Positions 1-14,529 of a stretch of DNA of 64,000 nucleotides are shown here, piece by piece. The stretch covers positions 409,572,001 through 409,636,000 of the forward strand of contig OZ024741.1 in the NCBI GenBank assembly GCA_964016885.1, read 5' to 3'. The first letter of the stretch is position 1. Each line of letters starts with the position of its first letter. The position numbers were made by a program, and so were the translations under genes. The notes under the pieces were generated by a model. It searched no databases. It was not told the origin of the DNA and was given only the letters and a program-made list of their open reading frames with translations. Origin of the DNA: Eledone cirrhosa. Its lineage: Eukaryota.

Positions 1-968
1 CTATATATACATTGTATACACATCTACTATATATATACATTGTATACACATCTACTATATATATACATCTACTATATATATACATTGTATACACATCTAC
101 TATATATATATACATTGTATACACATCTACTATATATATACATTGTATACACTATTACTATATATATATACATTGTATACACATCTACTATATATATACA
201 TTGTATACACATCTACTATATATACATTGTATACACATCTACTATATATATATATATTGTATACACATCTACTATATATATATACATTGTATACACATCT
301 ACTATATATATACATTATATACACATCTACTATATATATATATACATTGTATACACATCTACTATATATATACATTCTATACACATCTACTATATATATA
401 CATTGTATACACATCTACTATATATATACATTGTATACACATCTACTATATACATACATTGTATACACATCTACTATATATATACATTGTATACACATCT
501 ACTATATATATATTGTATACACATCTACTATATATATATTGTATACACTACTATATATATATACATTGTATACACATCTACTATATATATATATACATTG
601 TATACACATCTACTATATATATATATACATTGTATACACATCTACTATATATATATATACATTGTATACACATCTACTATATATACATTGTATACACATC
701 TACTATATATATATATATTGTATACACATCTACTATATATATATACATTGTATACACATCCACTATATATATACATTGTATACACATCCACTATATATAT
801 ACATTGTATACACATCTACTATATATACATTGTATACACATCCACTATATATATACATTGTATACACATCTACTATATATATACTGTATACACATCCACT
901 ATATATATACATTGTATACACATCTACTATATATACATTGTATACACATCCACTATATATATACATTG
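1..968. repeat. ~26-34 bp minisatellite CATTGTATACACATCTAC(TA)n, block 1
   Basis: Directly visible tandem unit with a variable (TA)n tract. Confidence 0.97.
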
Positions 969-2098
969 AAAACAGAACCCAGATCCCCTCAGGGAAATGG
1001 CCTTGCTCAGTATGTAGGAAAGGTGTAGGTAGGAACTCCATTCTCTACCCCAAATGCAAACAATGGGTACACAAGAGATGTAGCGGGATCTCAGGAAGCT
1101 TAATTAAGAATGTAGGATTCACATGCAGCAGCTGTGCTGAAACAGCAAGCAAACAGCCACAGGAAACAAGTACCACCAATCTCTGGGAGGGCCCTGTAGA
1201 AACAGTAGACAGCTTCTGCTACCTAGGTGACCGAATTAGCAACGGAGGTGGGTGCTCAGAAAGTACAATAACTAGGGTAAGAACGGGATGGAAGAAGTTT
1301 AGGGAACTACTACCACTGCTAGCTGCAAAAGGCTTCTCCCTCAGAATGAAAGGCAGACTGTATGATGCGTGTATCCGAACAGCGATGTTGCATGGTAGTG
1401 AGACCTGGGCGCTGAAGGTGGAAGACTTACGTAGATTAGAGAGAAACGACGCCTGCATGCTCCGATGGATGTGTAACAGTAATATACGTGAACGACAAAG
1501 CATAAAGGAATTGAGAGAGAGACTGAGCATAAGAGGAATCAAATGCTGCGTGCAGGAGAGGCGGTTACGCTGGTATGGACATGTGATGCGTATGAAGGAT
1601 GACAGCTGCATAAAAAGGTGCAGAGCACTAGAAGTTGATGGAAACCGCGGAGTGGGGAGACCCAAGATGACTTGGGATGAGGTGATAAAAGCCGACCTTA
1701 CCCAACTACACCTCTCAAAGTCAATGACACACGACCGTGACTTCTGGCGTCACGCAGTAATACAGGGTACCCGACCTCCCATGGGTACATGCTGAAGCAT
1801 ATAAACAATATGCCCCCCCCCCCCCCACCGCAAGGTGGTCGTGGAGATGCCACAGCAAAAAAGCACCCAGCCCACACTGTAAAGTGGACGTGTAGGCGCC
1901 ACGAAAAAGCACCCAGCACTCACTGTAAATGAGGTTGGTGTTAGGAAGGGCATCCAGCTGTAGAAATCAAGCCAGATCAGTTCCTGTATGAGCAAGGCAT
2001 GGTCAGCCGACCAGACACTGCCCACAACAGGACAACCCGTCTAACCCATGCTAGTGTGGAAGAACGGACGTAAAACGGTGATGATGATGATGATGATG
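969..2098 (+). mobile_element. 5'-truncated RTE-clade LINE (end of ORF 969-1795, 3' UTR, (GAT)n tail)
   Basis: [26 protein letters not shown] and GRPKMTW motifs; (GAT)n tail ending at 2098; interrupts a minisatellite unit. Confidence 0.92.
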
Positions 2099-2320
2099 TA
2101 TACACATCTACTATATATATATTGTATACACATCTACTATATATATATTGTATACACTACTATATATATATATACATTGTATACACATCTACTATATATA
2201 TATATACATTGTATACACATCTACTATATATACATTGTATACACATCTACTATATATATACATTGTATACACATCCACTATATATATACATTGTATACAC
2301 ATCTACTATATATATACATT
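2099..2320. repeat. Same minisatellite, block 2
   Basis: Same unit as 1-968. Confidence 0.95.
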
Positions 2321-2471
2321 TGTACCACGGACATGAACAGACGTGGAAAGATCCGCTCCTCAAAATATTGATGTTGTAAGAAATTTACTAAATTATTGCA
2401 TTAAATAAAATGATTGTTAGACTTGGTTGTGCATTTATTTATTCGACAAAGAGAAACATCACTTTTCTTTA
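2321..2471 (+). repeat. 5' LTR
   Basis: Direct repeat of 7536-7686 with a few substitutions; starts TGTA. Confidence 0.92.
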
Positions 2472-2472
2472 T

Positions 2473-2490
2473 TGGCGACCCTGACGATAA
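2473..2490 (+). promoter_or_regulatory. Primer-binding site TGGCGACCCTGACG
   Basis: TGG-starting motif 1 nt after the 5' LTR; priming tRNA not determined. Confidence 0.7.
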
Positions 2491-3018
2491 AGAATGAAAA
2501 TGCAGCCTATTGGAGTCCGAAATTCTTTTTAATGGCAATGTGGAATGGCTTAACATTTGGAATGTCCATAAAATTCATTATATTCCATTTGTTGTAGCAC
2601 GCATACAGACAAACACAAAAATACAACACACAAAAAAAAAAATAAAAAAAATAAAAATAAAGGATTTCTCTGGATATAGAATTTTGCTTCCAACATTCTG
2701 TGGAAATTACAAATGGAGATATTTCGTTTTCCCGCGTTCAGCTTGTCTTCTCCAATCCCAGCCATCTGATTGGCTGCATCGTGCCTCATGACGGCTTCAT
2801 CACGGACACATTTTTAAATCAGCCATCTTGGATTTTCTTACCATTAATTTTCATAGAAAATGATTTTTTTTATTATTAAAATTTCCTTTAGAATATTTTT
2901 TTTTTTAAAGAAAAAAATTAGCAGTATTTCAAAACGGCTACCACCAAGTACCAGCCATCAGCAGCAACACCCGGCTAACTATTAACCAACACCAAAAAGT
3001 CATCAAATACGTGGCACC

Positions 3019-3832
3019 ATGAGTCAACATCATTTGCCGTCCTTCGCAGGCGACATCAAGTTGTGGTTTGCGCAGCTGGAATGTTTCTTCGAATTGACGA
3101 AGACAAAGCAACAGCATAAGCTGAAGGTCCTGATCAATGGCCTACCTGTTTCCTTGGCATTCTCGGTGAAGGACGTTGTGACGGATTTAGACGCCGACGT
3201 TACCTACGGCTCATTAAAAAACGAAATTCTTCGGAGAAATACCAAGTCGGTAGAGAGCCGTTTTCGGGAGTTGTTGGACGATGCTCAAATGGGTGACAGG
3301 AAGCCGAGCTCCTATTTGCGACATTTGCGGGAGTTGAGCGACTCCCAGGGGATTGACACCCCCTTCATAAAGCAACTTTTTTTCTCACGTCTACCGCCAA
3401 GTGCGCAAAGGATATTGGTCAATAGTTTAGAGAAGGATTCATTAGAGCAACTTGCCGCGTCCGCGGATAAGATACTTGAGGTAGACTCGAACAGCAATCA
3501 GCATAATCCTTATGTGGCTTCAGCTTGCGTCCCCCCACGCAGTTCTTCTGTGGCCGACGGCAAACTGTTGGAATTGATTGAAGCTCTCACCAAAAAGGTA
3601 GAAGATTTGACGGTACATCACAGAGAGCCTTCTCAACGTTTGAGGTATCGTTCGCCGCCGTCTTCTGTTCATTGCCAGCACTACAACGCAGGCAACAATA
3701 ATTCTTCGTTGTGTTGGTACCATGCTAACTTCGGCAGTAGGTTGGTACCATGCTAACTTCGGCAGTAGGGCGCAACGTTGTCGCACGCCCTGTGATTACA
3801 AGAGATCGGGAAACGCAAAGCAGAGCCACTAG
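3019..3832 (+). pseudogene. gag: Gypsy gag, frameshifted by a 28-bp tandem duplication
   Basis: WFAQLE, MGDRKPS and CWYH..FG motifs; 3713-3740 is repeated at 3741-3768; the copy at 63413-63946 shows the intact end. Confidence 0.88.
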
Positions 3833-6800
3833 GAGCGGCTAGTGAACTCTGGGAAAACTGACCGAACCGCCATCTTTTCGTATACGACCTGCGGTCAAAA
3901 AAATTTTTCCTTGTCGATACTGGCGCGTCGATGAGTATTTGGCCAGTCAGTTATCTCAAAAAAAGCCCAGCCGAAGCAGATATAAATCTACGAGCAGTCA
4001 ACCACACGGCCATTCGAACGTATGGGCAAATTTCACTTCCTCTTCGGTTAAAAAATATGCGGCGTGATTTGAAGTGGAAGTTTACTATCGCCGACTTGCC
4101 ATACGCAATTTTGGGAGCGGATTTTCTCCACCATTTTTCCTTGTTGGTGGACATTCGTAGACAACACCTTGTTGATGCTGAAACAGGCCTTTCTTTCGAG
4201 GGTTCAGAGCCAGACGTCGCCACTGTCAGCCCTTACTTTTTCTTGGCTGAAGTGGGCAACCAGTATCAAAGCCTGCTACATTCATTCCCTCAGTTGACGC
4301 AGGGAAAGTTACGAATAACTAGCCCGGATCATGCGATTGAACACTTCATATCCACTACAGGTCCACCTGTTTTCTCATGTCCTCGAAGATTGTCTACAGA
4401 GAAGTTGAAAGCTGCACGTCTTGAATTCGACCACATGCTGGAATTGGGAATAATTCGGCGCTCCACAAGTCCTTGGGCATCGCCTCTGCATATGGTACCT
4501 AGATCTTCTGGGGATTGGAGACCGACGGGTGACTACCGACGCTTAAACGCGATTATTGTGCCTGACCGTTATCCAATCCCGCATTTGCATGATTTTGCAT
4601 CGTCATTGCAGGGTTGCAGAATCTTTTCTAAGCTTGATTTGATCCGCGCTTATAATCAAATTCCGGTTAACAAGGAGGATATCCCAAAGACTGCTATTGC
4701 CACTCCTTTCGGATCATTCGAGTTCCTCACTATGCCTTTCGGCCTTAGAAACGCTGCAAGTACCTTCCAACGATTTATGGATGATATTACTCGGGGCCTG
4801 GATTTTGTGTACACGTATATCGACGACGTGTTGATTGCTAGTTCTTCCCCTCAGCAGCATTCAAAGCATCTGGATCTCGTATTTCGTCGTTTACAGAGAT
4901 ATAATGTTCGAATTAATGCTTCCAAGTGTGTTTTCGGCTCGACTTCACTAACATTTTTAGGCCATCTGATTGACGCCGACGGTATTCGACCTCTTCCTGA
5001 GAAGGTTAAGGCAGTATCGGATTTGCCTCCGCCAAGTTCACTGCGACAATTGCGTCAATTCCTGGGCCTTGTAAATTTTTATAGGCGATTCGTACCTGGT
5101 TGTTCCAAATTGCTGTTCTCGTTGACAGAGATTTTTAAGGGTTGCCGGCGTAAGAATATGGACATTTCCTTAAATAAAACGCAGCTTGATGATTTTAAAA
5201 AAGTGAAAAAGGCGTTAGCGAACGCGTCTTTGCTCGTCCACCCAGTACCCAACGCCGAGCTGTCGCTCTGTGTTGATGCTTCGGATAGCGCCGTGGGCGC
5301 AGTCTTACAGCAGAAGGGTGATGGGGTACAGCAACCACTCGAGTTCTTTTCGAGGAAGTTAAAGCCTGCCGAAACTCGCTATAGCACCTTTGGAAGGGAG
5401 CTATTAGCAATTTATTTATCAGTGAAACATTTTGCTCATGTACTTGAAGGTAGAACATTCACCATTTTCACTGATCATAAACCCTTGACGTTTGCTCTTC
5501 GAACTAAGGCAGACAAATACTCGCCCAGAGAAACGAGACATCTGGACTTCATCTCACAGTTCACGAACGACATTCAACATATTCCGGGTTCTTTGAATAC
5601 AGCGGCCGATGCACTGTCTCGCCTGCCGATCGCATCGATTTTGTCTTCCGAGGAGATAGATTTACATCGAATGGCAGCTGCCCAACCCACTCTCGAATCG
5701 TTGGATGTTACATCGCCAGAGTTTGTACATTGCAAACTGAAATACATTCCGATCTCAACGGCTGACGGACAGATACTGTGTGATGTTTCGTTGGACTCAC
5801 CACGACCTCTAGTCCCAGTGGAACATCGACGAACTGCGTTTCTCGCTTTACATAGCATTTCTCACCCTGGAGTATCAGCCTCAGTAAAACTCATAACAGC
5901 CAGATTTTTCTGGCCTGGTATGAGACGTGACATTGCTGCTTGGTGTTGTTCCTGTGTCGCTTGCCAACAAGCGAAAGTTCATAGACATGTTAAGGCTCCT
6001 CTCGGAACATTCACCTGCCCCGATGCAAGATTTCGTCACATTCACGTGGACATCGTCGGCCCGTGGCCGGTTAGTCGTGGTTTTTCGTATCTTTTGACGA
6101 TTGTTGACCGTTTTTCGCGTTGGCCTGAAGCCGTCCCTATGACAGATATCACCGCCGAAACCACAGCCCGTACTCTCGTATCTTCGTGGATCGCTCGTTT
6201 CGGTGTACCAACCACCATAACAACGGATCGTGGTCGTCAATTTGAGTCTAACCTCTTCCGAGAGCTAACCCAAATCCTGGGGGCTACTCGAATAAGAATC
6301 ATGGCTTACCACCCAGCCTCAAACGGAATGGTGGAAAGATTCCACAGGCAGCTCAAAGCCTCCTTAAGGGCTTCCATGGACTCTTCACGTTGGAGCGAGA
6401 ACCTACCCATTGTATTGTTGGGTATTCGGTCGACGGTAAAGGTGTACCTTGGGTTCTCCTCTGCCGAATTAGTTTATGGTACGCCTCTGGCGTTACCGGG
6501 GCAAATGCTGGCCCCTTTTGACCTGACTTTGCAGGACCCCGCTTCCTACGTGTCCCGGCTTCACTCTTATTTCAAGGATCTACCACCGATGGGCACTAGG
6601 AAGCAGACTGTAAAAACTGCCGTCCCAAGGGATATTGCCTTGTGGACCCATGTGTTCGTTAGAGACGACGCCATGAGACCCCCTCTTCAACGGCCGTACT
6701 CTGGACCCTATCGTGTGCTTGCTCGCACAGACAAACATTTCACACTGGACATTCGGGGTTCCAGGGAAACGGTTTCCGTTGATCGTCTCAAACGAGCAAA

Positions 6801-6939
6801 CCTGGACAATGACACAATGACACTTGAAACTCAAATGCCCCCTTCTTTTTCTTTGCCACACAGGCCTATTTCTCCCCCCCCCCCCATCAACACACAGAAC
6901 TACGACCCGTTCTGGGCGAAGGGTGCATTGGCCCCGTAA
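3808..6939 (+). pseudogene. pol: Gypsy pol (protease, RT, RNase H, integrase), -1 frame relative to gag
   Basis: VDTGA, YIDD, VDASD, HHCC and DDE motifs; in-frame TGA at 3859-3861 (CGA in the second copy); probable poly-C frameshift near 6880 before [10 protein letters not shown]. Confidence 0.92.
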
Positions 6940-7535
6940 GCTATGCAGTAATATAAACTGAATTGTATTTTTTTTTTATTGTTTTTTTTTGTTTTTTTTC
7001 CTTCCAATTGTTTTTGTTGTACATTGCATTTTGTTACTTTGGGATTCTTGACTGCCTACGGCAGTGTCAATATATTATATTTTGCGTAACATTACGACTG
7101 TTGTCAATTCTGACACAGTCCTTTTTTTTTAGTGCATTTTTATAACTATGCTACATATGGCATTTTCATTGCCTAGCAAAACATTTTTTTTCTTGTTTAT
7201 CGCATCTGGGGCCCCTTTATTGCGAAGAGTGTTATCTTTTCATGCATTTTGCATCTTTTACTGTACGTTTTTTGTTTTTGTTTCTCTGTGTTAATGCTTG
7301 CAGACATGAACCTATTTATTTTTTTTTTTTTTTAATTTGTTGATACATCCTTCTACATTTTGTAAACTACCTTCGCTTCATTGTTAACGATTTTTCGACA
7401 AAAAATCTGCTCCGAGGTGAATGTAGTGGCTGAGATGGTCGCTTGGCAACTAGCAGTTGCCTCCCCTTAACAACCCTTCAGGGAGCGGAGGCAAAAATAC
7501 ACCCGGACACAGCCACAGGTTCACTCACTCTTTTT

Positions 7536-7686
7536 TGTACCACGGACATGAACAGACGTGGAAAGATCCGCTCCTCAAAATATTGACGTTGTAGGAAATT
7601 TACTAAATTATTGCATTAAATAAAATGATTGTTAGACTTGATTGTGTATTTATTTATTCGACAAAGAGAAACATCCCTTTTCTTTA
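7536..7686 (+). repeat. 3' LTR
   Basis: Direct repeat of 2321-2471. Confidence 0.92.
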
Positions 7687-10242
7687 CATTGTATACACAT
7701 CTACTATATATATACATTGTATACACATCTACTATATATACATTGTATACACATCTACTATATATACATTGTATACACATCTACTATATATATATATATT
7801 GTATACACATCTACTATATATATATATTGTATACACATCTACTATATATATACATTGTATACACATCTACTATATATATATATATTGTATACACATCTAC
7901 TATATATACATTGTATACACATCTACTATATATACATTGTATACACATCTACTATATATATATATATATATTGTATACACATCTACTATATATATATACA
8001 TTGTATACACATCTACTATATATATACATTGTATACACATCTACTATATATATATACATTGTATACACATCTACTATATATATACATTGTATACACATCT
8101 ACTATATATATACATTGTATACACATCTACTATATATATACATTGTATACACATCTACTATATATATATATTGTATACACATCTACTATATATATATATA
8201 TATACATTGTATACACATCTACTATATATATATACATTGTATACACATCTACTATATATACATACATTGTATACACATCTACTATATATATATACATTGT
8301 ATAAACATCTACTATATATATATATTGTATACACATCTACTATATATATACTGTATACACATCTACTATATATATACATTATATACACATCTACTATATA
8401 TATACATTGTATACACATCTACTATATATATATATACATTGTATACACATCTACTATATATATATACATTGTATACACATCTACTATATATATACATTGT
8501 ATACACATCTACTATATATATATATTGTATACACATCTGCTATATATATACATTGTATACACATCTACTATATATATACATTGTATACACATCTACTATA
8601 TATATATATTGTATACACATCTGCTATATATATACATTGTATACACATCTACTATATATATATACATTGTATACACATCTACTATATATATATACATTGT
8701 ATACACATCTACTATATATATATACATTGTATACACATCTACTATATATATATATTGTATACACATCTACTATATATATATATTGTATACACATCTGCTA
8801 TATATATACATTGTATACACATCTACTATATATATATATATATACATTGTATACACATCTACTATATATATATACATTGTATACACATCTACTATATATA
8901 TATATACATTGTATACACATCTACTATATATATACATTGTATACACATCTACTATATATATATATACATTGTATACACATCTACTATATATATATACATT
9001 GTATACACATCTACTATATATATACATTGTATACACATCTACTATATATATATATTGTATACACATCTGCTATATATATACATTGTATACACATCTACTA
9101 TATATATATACATTGTATACACATCTACTATATATATATACATTGTATACACATCTACTATATATATACATTGTATACACATCTACTATATATATATATT
9201 GTATACACATCTGCTATATATATACATTGTATACACATCTACTATATATATATACATTGTATACACATCTACTATATATATACATTGTATACACATCTAC
9301 TATATATATATATTGTATACACATCTGCTATATATATACATTGTATACACATCTACTATATATATACATTGTATACACATCTACTATATATATATACATT
9401 GTATACACATCTACTATATATATACATTGTATACACATCTACTATATATATACATTGTATACACATCTACTATATATATACATTGTATACACATCTACTA
9501 TATATATACATTGTATACACATCTACTATATATATATATTGTATACACATCTGCTATATATATACATTGTATACACATCTACTATATATATACATTGTAT
9601 ACACATCTGCTATATATATACATTGTATACACATCTACTATATATATACATTGTATACACATCTACTATATATATATATTGTATACACATCTACTATATA
9701 TATATATTGTATACACATCTACTATATATATATACATTGTATACACATCTACTATATATATACATTGTATACACATCTACTATATATATATATTGTATAC
9801 ACATCTACTATATACATACATTATATACACATCTACTATATATATACTGTATACACATCTACTATATATATACATTGTATACACATCTACTATATATATA
9901 TATTGTATACACATCTACTATATATATATATATTGTATACACATCTACTATATATATATATTGTATACACATCTATTATATATATATATTGTATACACAT
10001 CTACTATATATATATACATTGTATACACATCTACTATATATATACATTGTATACACATCTACTATATATATACTGTATACACATCTACTATATATATATA
10101 TTGTATACACATCTACTATATATATATACATTGTATACACATCTACTATATATATACATTGTATACACATCTACTATATATATACATTGTATACACATCT
10201 ACTATATATATACATTGTATACACATCTACTATATATATACA
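7687..10242. repeat. Same minisatellite, block 3
   Basis: Tandem unit as above. Confidence 0.97.
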
Positions 10243-11194
10243 CTAGCAGTAAAGCCCGGCGTTGCTCGGGGTCGCTCAGTAGCTGTGTTAAAGTTACAAT
10301 GTTAAGTTTCTTTTTTGGCTTAAAAACTGTAGTGTCTACTGTGCAGACTTGCATGTGGTGTTTTTGATTAATATTCCCTCAACCAACAATATGCCTTATG
10401 AAGTTAAGAAAACATAACGATAACCCGAATGTTATAACAAAAGAGGATGCTGGGGATAGAAACTGCACTGGTTATTTGTTAACAAAGATCGAAAATGTAA
10501 ACATTGCAACGCAGAGAAAAATATTAGCGTAACCAAATTATCAGTTATGTCTGTCTGCACGCCTATATCACCTCTCTGCACGACTGTCTGTCTGCACGCC
10601 TATATCACCTCTCTGCACGACTGTCTGTCTGCACGCCTATATCACCTCTCTGCACGACTGTCTGTCTGCACGCCTATATCACCTCTCTGCACGACTGTCT
10701 GTCTGCACGACTGTCTGTCTGCACGCCTAACGACGAAATATTTGCTTGTTTTACGTAGTCTTTAAATAGACTTGTTTTCAAGTAAAAATATTGTTTTAAA
10801 ATGCTTTTAAATGGAAATGAAGCAAAACGGAAGCTTAGTGTTCGAACTGATGAATTTTGCAGGTCAATATTTTGCTGGCTCGACAACTGTTCGTTCGTGT
10901 ATTGTGTTAATGTCATTTTAAACGCTGAGAAAGCCAGCGTAATTTTTTACGTAAGACGCTCAATGCAAACAGAACAAAGGGAAATAACTGATAACTTACG
11001 CTCAAAAATCAATACATTATATTCGATTTCGTCACATAGGGTGGGTCAATTTGAAATATTTTTTTTTCCGATGTCTTCGCTAGGGCTCAATGTACAAGTA
11101 TAGCAATTTCGGTGCAATTCCGTGAGAGATTCTAAGAGGAGATGTGTGCCAAAATCGATAGACAGACAGACAACCACAGTTTTATATATATAGA
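10243..11194 (-). mobile_element. Non-autonomous Helitron
   Basis: Minus strand begins TCTATATATATAAAA...GTCTGTCTGTCT and ends with hairpin CCCGAGCAACGCCGGG plus CTAG; inserted at A|T with no TSD. Confidence 0.88.
10547..10728. repeat. ~38-bp minisatellite inside the Helitron
   Basis: TGTCTGTCTGCACGCCTATATCACCTCTCTGCACGAC-like unit, about 4.5 copies. Confidence 0.9.
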
Positions 11195-13709
11195 TTGTAT
11201 ACACATCTACTATATATATATATTGTATACGCATCTGCTATATATATAGATTGTATACACATCTACTATATATATATATTGTATACGCATCTACTATATA
11301 TATACATTGTATACACATCTACTATATATATACATTGTATACACATCTACTATATATATATATTGTATACACATCTACTATATATATATATATATTGTAT
11401 ACACATCTACTATATATATACATTGTATACACATCTACTATATATATATATTGTATACACATCTACTATATATATATATTGTATACACATCTACTATATA
11501 TATATATTGTATACACATCTACTATATATATACATTGTATACACATCTACTATATATATACATTGTATACACATCTACTATATATATACATTGTATACAC
11601 ATCTACTATATATATATATTGTATACACATCTACTATATATATATATTGTATACACATCTACTATATATATATATTGTATACACATCTACTATATATATT
11701 GTATACACATCTACTATATATATACATTGTATACACTACTATATATATATATTGTATACACATCTACTATATATATACATTGTATACACATCTACTATAT
11801 ATATATATATTGTATACACATCTACTATATATACATTGTATACACATCTACTATATATATACATTGTATACACATCTACTATATATATATATTGTATACA
11901 CATCTACTATATATATATATTGTATACACATCTACTATATATATACATTGTATACACATCTACTATATATATATATTGTATACACATCTACTATATATAT
12001 ATATTGTATACACATCTACTATATATATATATTGTATACACATCTACTATATATATATATTGTATACACATCTACTATATATATATATTGTATACACATC
12101 TACTATATATACATTGTATACACATCTACTATATATATACATTGTATACACATCTACTATATATATATTGTATACACATCTACTATATATACATTGTATA
12201 CACATCTACTATATATATACATTGTATACACATCTACTATATATATATTGTATACACATCTACTATATATATACATTGTATACACATCTACTATATATAT
12301 ATTGTATACACATCTACTATATATATACATTGTATACACATCTACTATATATATATATTGTATACAGATCTACTATATATATACATTGTATACACATCTA
12401 CTATATATATATACATTGTATACACATCTACTATATATATATTGTATACACATCTACTATATATATACATTGTATACACATCTACTATATATATATATTG
12501 TATACACATCTACTATATATATACATTGTATACACATCTACTATATATATATACATTGTATACACATCTACTATATATATATTGTATACACATCTACTAT
12601 ATATATATATTGTATACACATCTACTATATATATATATTGTATACACATCTACTATATATATACATTGTATACACATCTACTATATATATATACATTGTA
12701 TACACATCTACTATATATATATATTGTATACACATCTACTATATATATACATTGTATACACATCTACTATATATATATACATTGTATACACATCTACTAT
12801 ATATATATTGTATACACATCTACTATATATATATATTGTATACACATCTACTATATATATATATTGTATACACATCTACTATATATATACATTGTATACA
12901 CATCTACTATATATATATACATTGTATACACATCTACTATATATATATATTGTATACACATCTACTATATATATATTGTATACACATCTACTATATATAT
13001 ATTGTATACACATCTACTATATATATATATTGTATACACATCTACTATATATATATATTGTATACACATCTACTATATATATATTGTATACACATCTACT
13101 ATATATACATTGTATACACATCTACTATATATATATATTGTATACACATCTACTATATATACATTGTATACACATCTACTATATATATATATTGTATACA
13201 CATCTACTATATATATATATTGTATACACATCTACTATATATATATTGTATACACATCTACTATATATATATTGTATACACATCTACTATATATATATTG
13301 TATACACATCTACTATATATATATTGTATACACATCTACTATATATATATTGTATACACATCTACTATATATACATTGTATACACATCTACTATATATAT
13401 ATATTGTATACACATCTACTATATATATATATTGTATACACATCTACTATATATATATTGTATACACATCTACTATATATATATTGTATACACATCTACT
13501 ATATATATATTGTATACACATCTACTATATATATATTGTATACACATCTACTATATATATATTGTATACACATCTACTATATATACATTGTATACACATC
13601 TACTATATATATACATTGTATACACATCTACTATATATATACATTGTATACACATCTACTATATATATATATTGTATACACATCTACTATATATATATAT
13701 TGTATACAT
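11195..13709. repeat. Same minisatellite, block 4
   Basis: Tandem unit as above. Confidence 0.97.
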
Positions 13710-13754
13710 GTAATAAAAGTCAGTAAAAGTCAATGAAGATCATGTTAGAATTAC

Positions 13755-13870
13755 CTGTGACTGTTGGTACAGTGGGAGTAGACCCTCACCTGACCTGTAG
13801 TGTCCAGGGTTAGGCTTTCAAATACTGGGCCACCAACCAATCTTTTGTATAATACACTCAACCAATAATC
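13755..13870 (-). CDS. HPSE: Heparanase-like (GH79) coding exon
   Basis: ttttag|DYWLSVLYKRLVGGPVFESLTLDTTGQVRVYSHCTNSH|gtaatt; matches the heparanase DYWLSLLFKKLVG...RVYLHCT region; in phase with the exon at 16868-16982. Confidence 0.9.
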
Positions 13871-13973
13871 CTAAAAAACAAACAAAATACAACAAACTAT
13901 AGTCACCACATTGCAAATAACTATAAATAATAGTTGAATATATTGAGTAAAGTACCTCTGGAGAGAGAGTGAA

Positions 13974-14490
13974 TCAAACCATGTATCTCTCGTATGGTGG
14001 GTGAACTGGGAATTAAACCATTGAACCACATATCTCTTGTATGTTGGTTGAGCTGGGAATTGAACCATGTATCACTTGTATGTTGGTTGAGCTGGGAATT
14101 GAACCATGTATCACTTGTATGTTGGTTGAGCTGGGAATTGAACCATGTATCACTTGCATGTTTGGTGAGCAGAGAATTAAACCCCATATCTCCTATATGC
14201 TGGGTGAGCTCGGAATTGAACCACTGAACTATGTGTCTCTCATATGTTGGGAGAACAGGGAATTGAAACCTTAAATCTTGTATCTCTCATATGCTGGGTG
14301 AGCTAGGAATCGAACCACAGAACTTTATGTCTCTCATATGATGGATCAGCTGGGAATTGGACCACATACCTCTAGTATGCTGGTTGAGCAAGGAATTGAG
14401 CCATGTATCTCACACATGTTGGTTAAGCAGAGAGTCAAACTCCGTATTTCTCATATACTGGATGAGCTGGGAATTGAACCCCTGAACTAT
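13974..14490 (-). repeat. Degenerate ~40-bp tandem repeat with a B-box-like GGTTCAATTCC
   Basis: GAGCTGGGAATTGAACC recurs throughout on the + strand. Confidence 0.8.
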
Positions 14491-14529
14491 ATATTGTATG
14501 CAACAGACAACAAACAGTAGTCATAAAAA

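Larger units (their letters stand above)
2321..7686 (+). mobile_element. Full-length Ty3/Gypsy LTR retrotransposon with CATT target-site duplication
   Basis: 151-bp LTRs at 2321-2471 and 7536-7686; CATT at 2317-2320 and 7687-7690; gag, then PR-RT-RH-IN domain order. Confidence 0.95.

Noticed and set aside
7625-13736. Very long Tyr/Ile/His-rich ORFs (800-900 aa), with similar ones at 1-1028 and 46.7-51.1 kb
   Set aside because: Stop-free translations of minisatellite or (TA)n DNA, open in several frames at once
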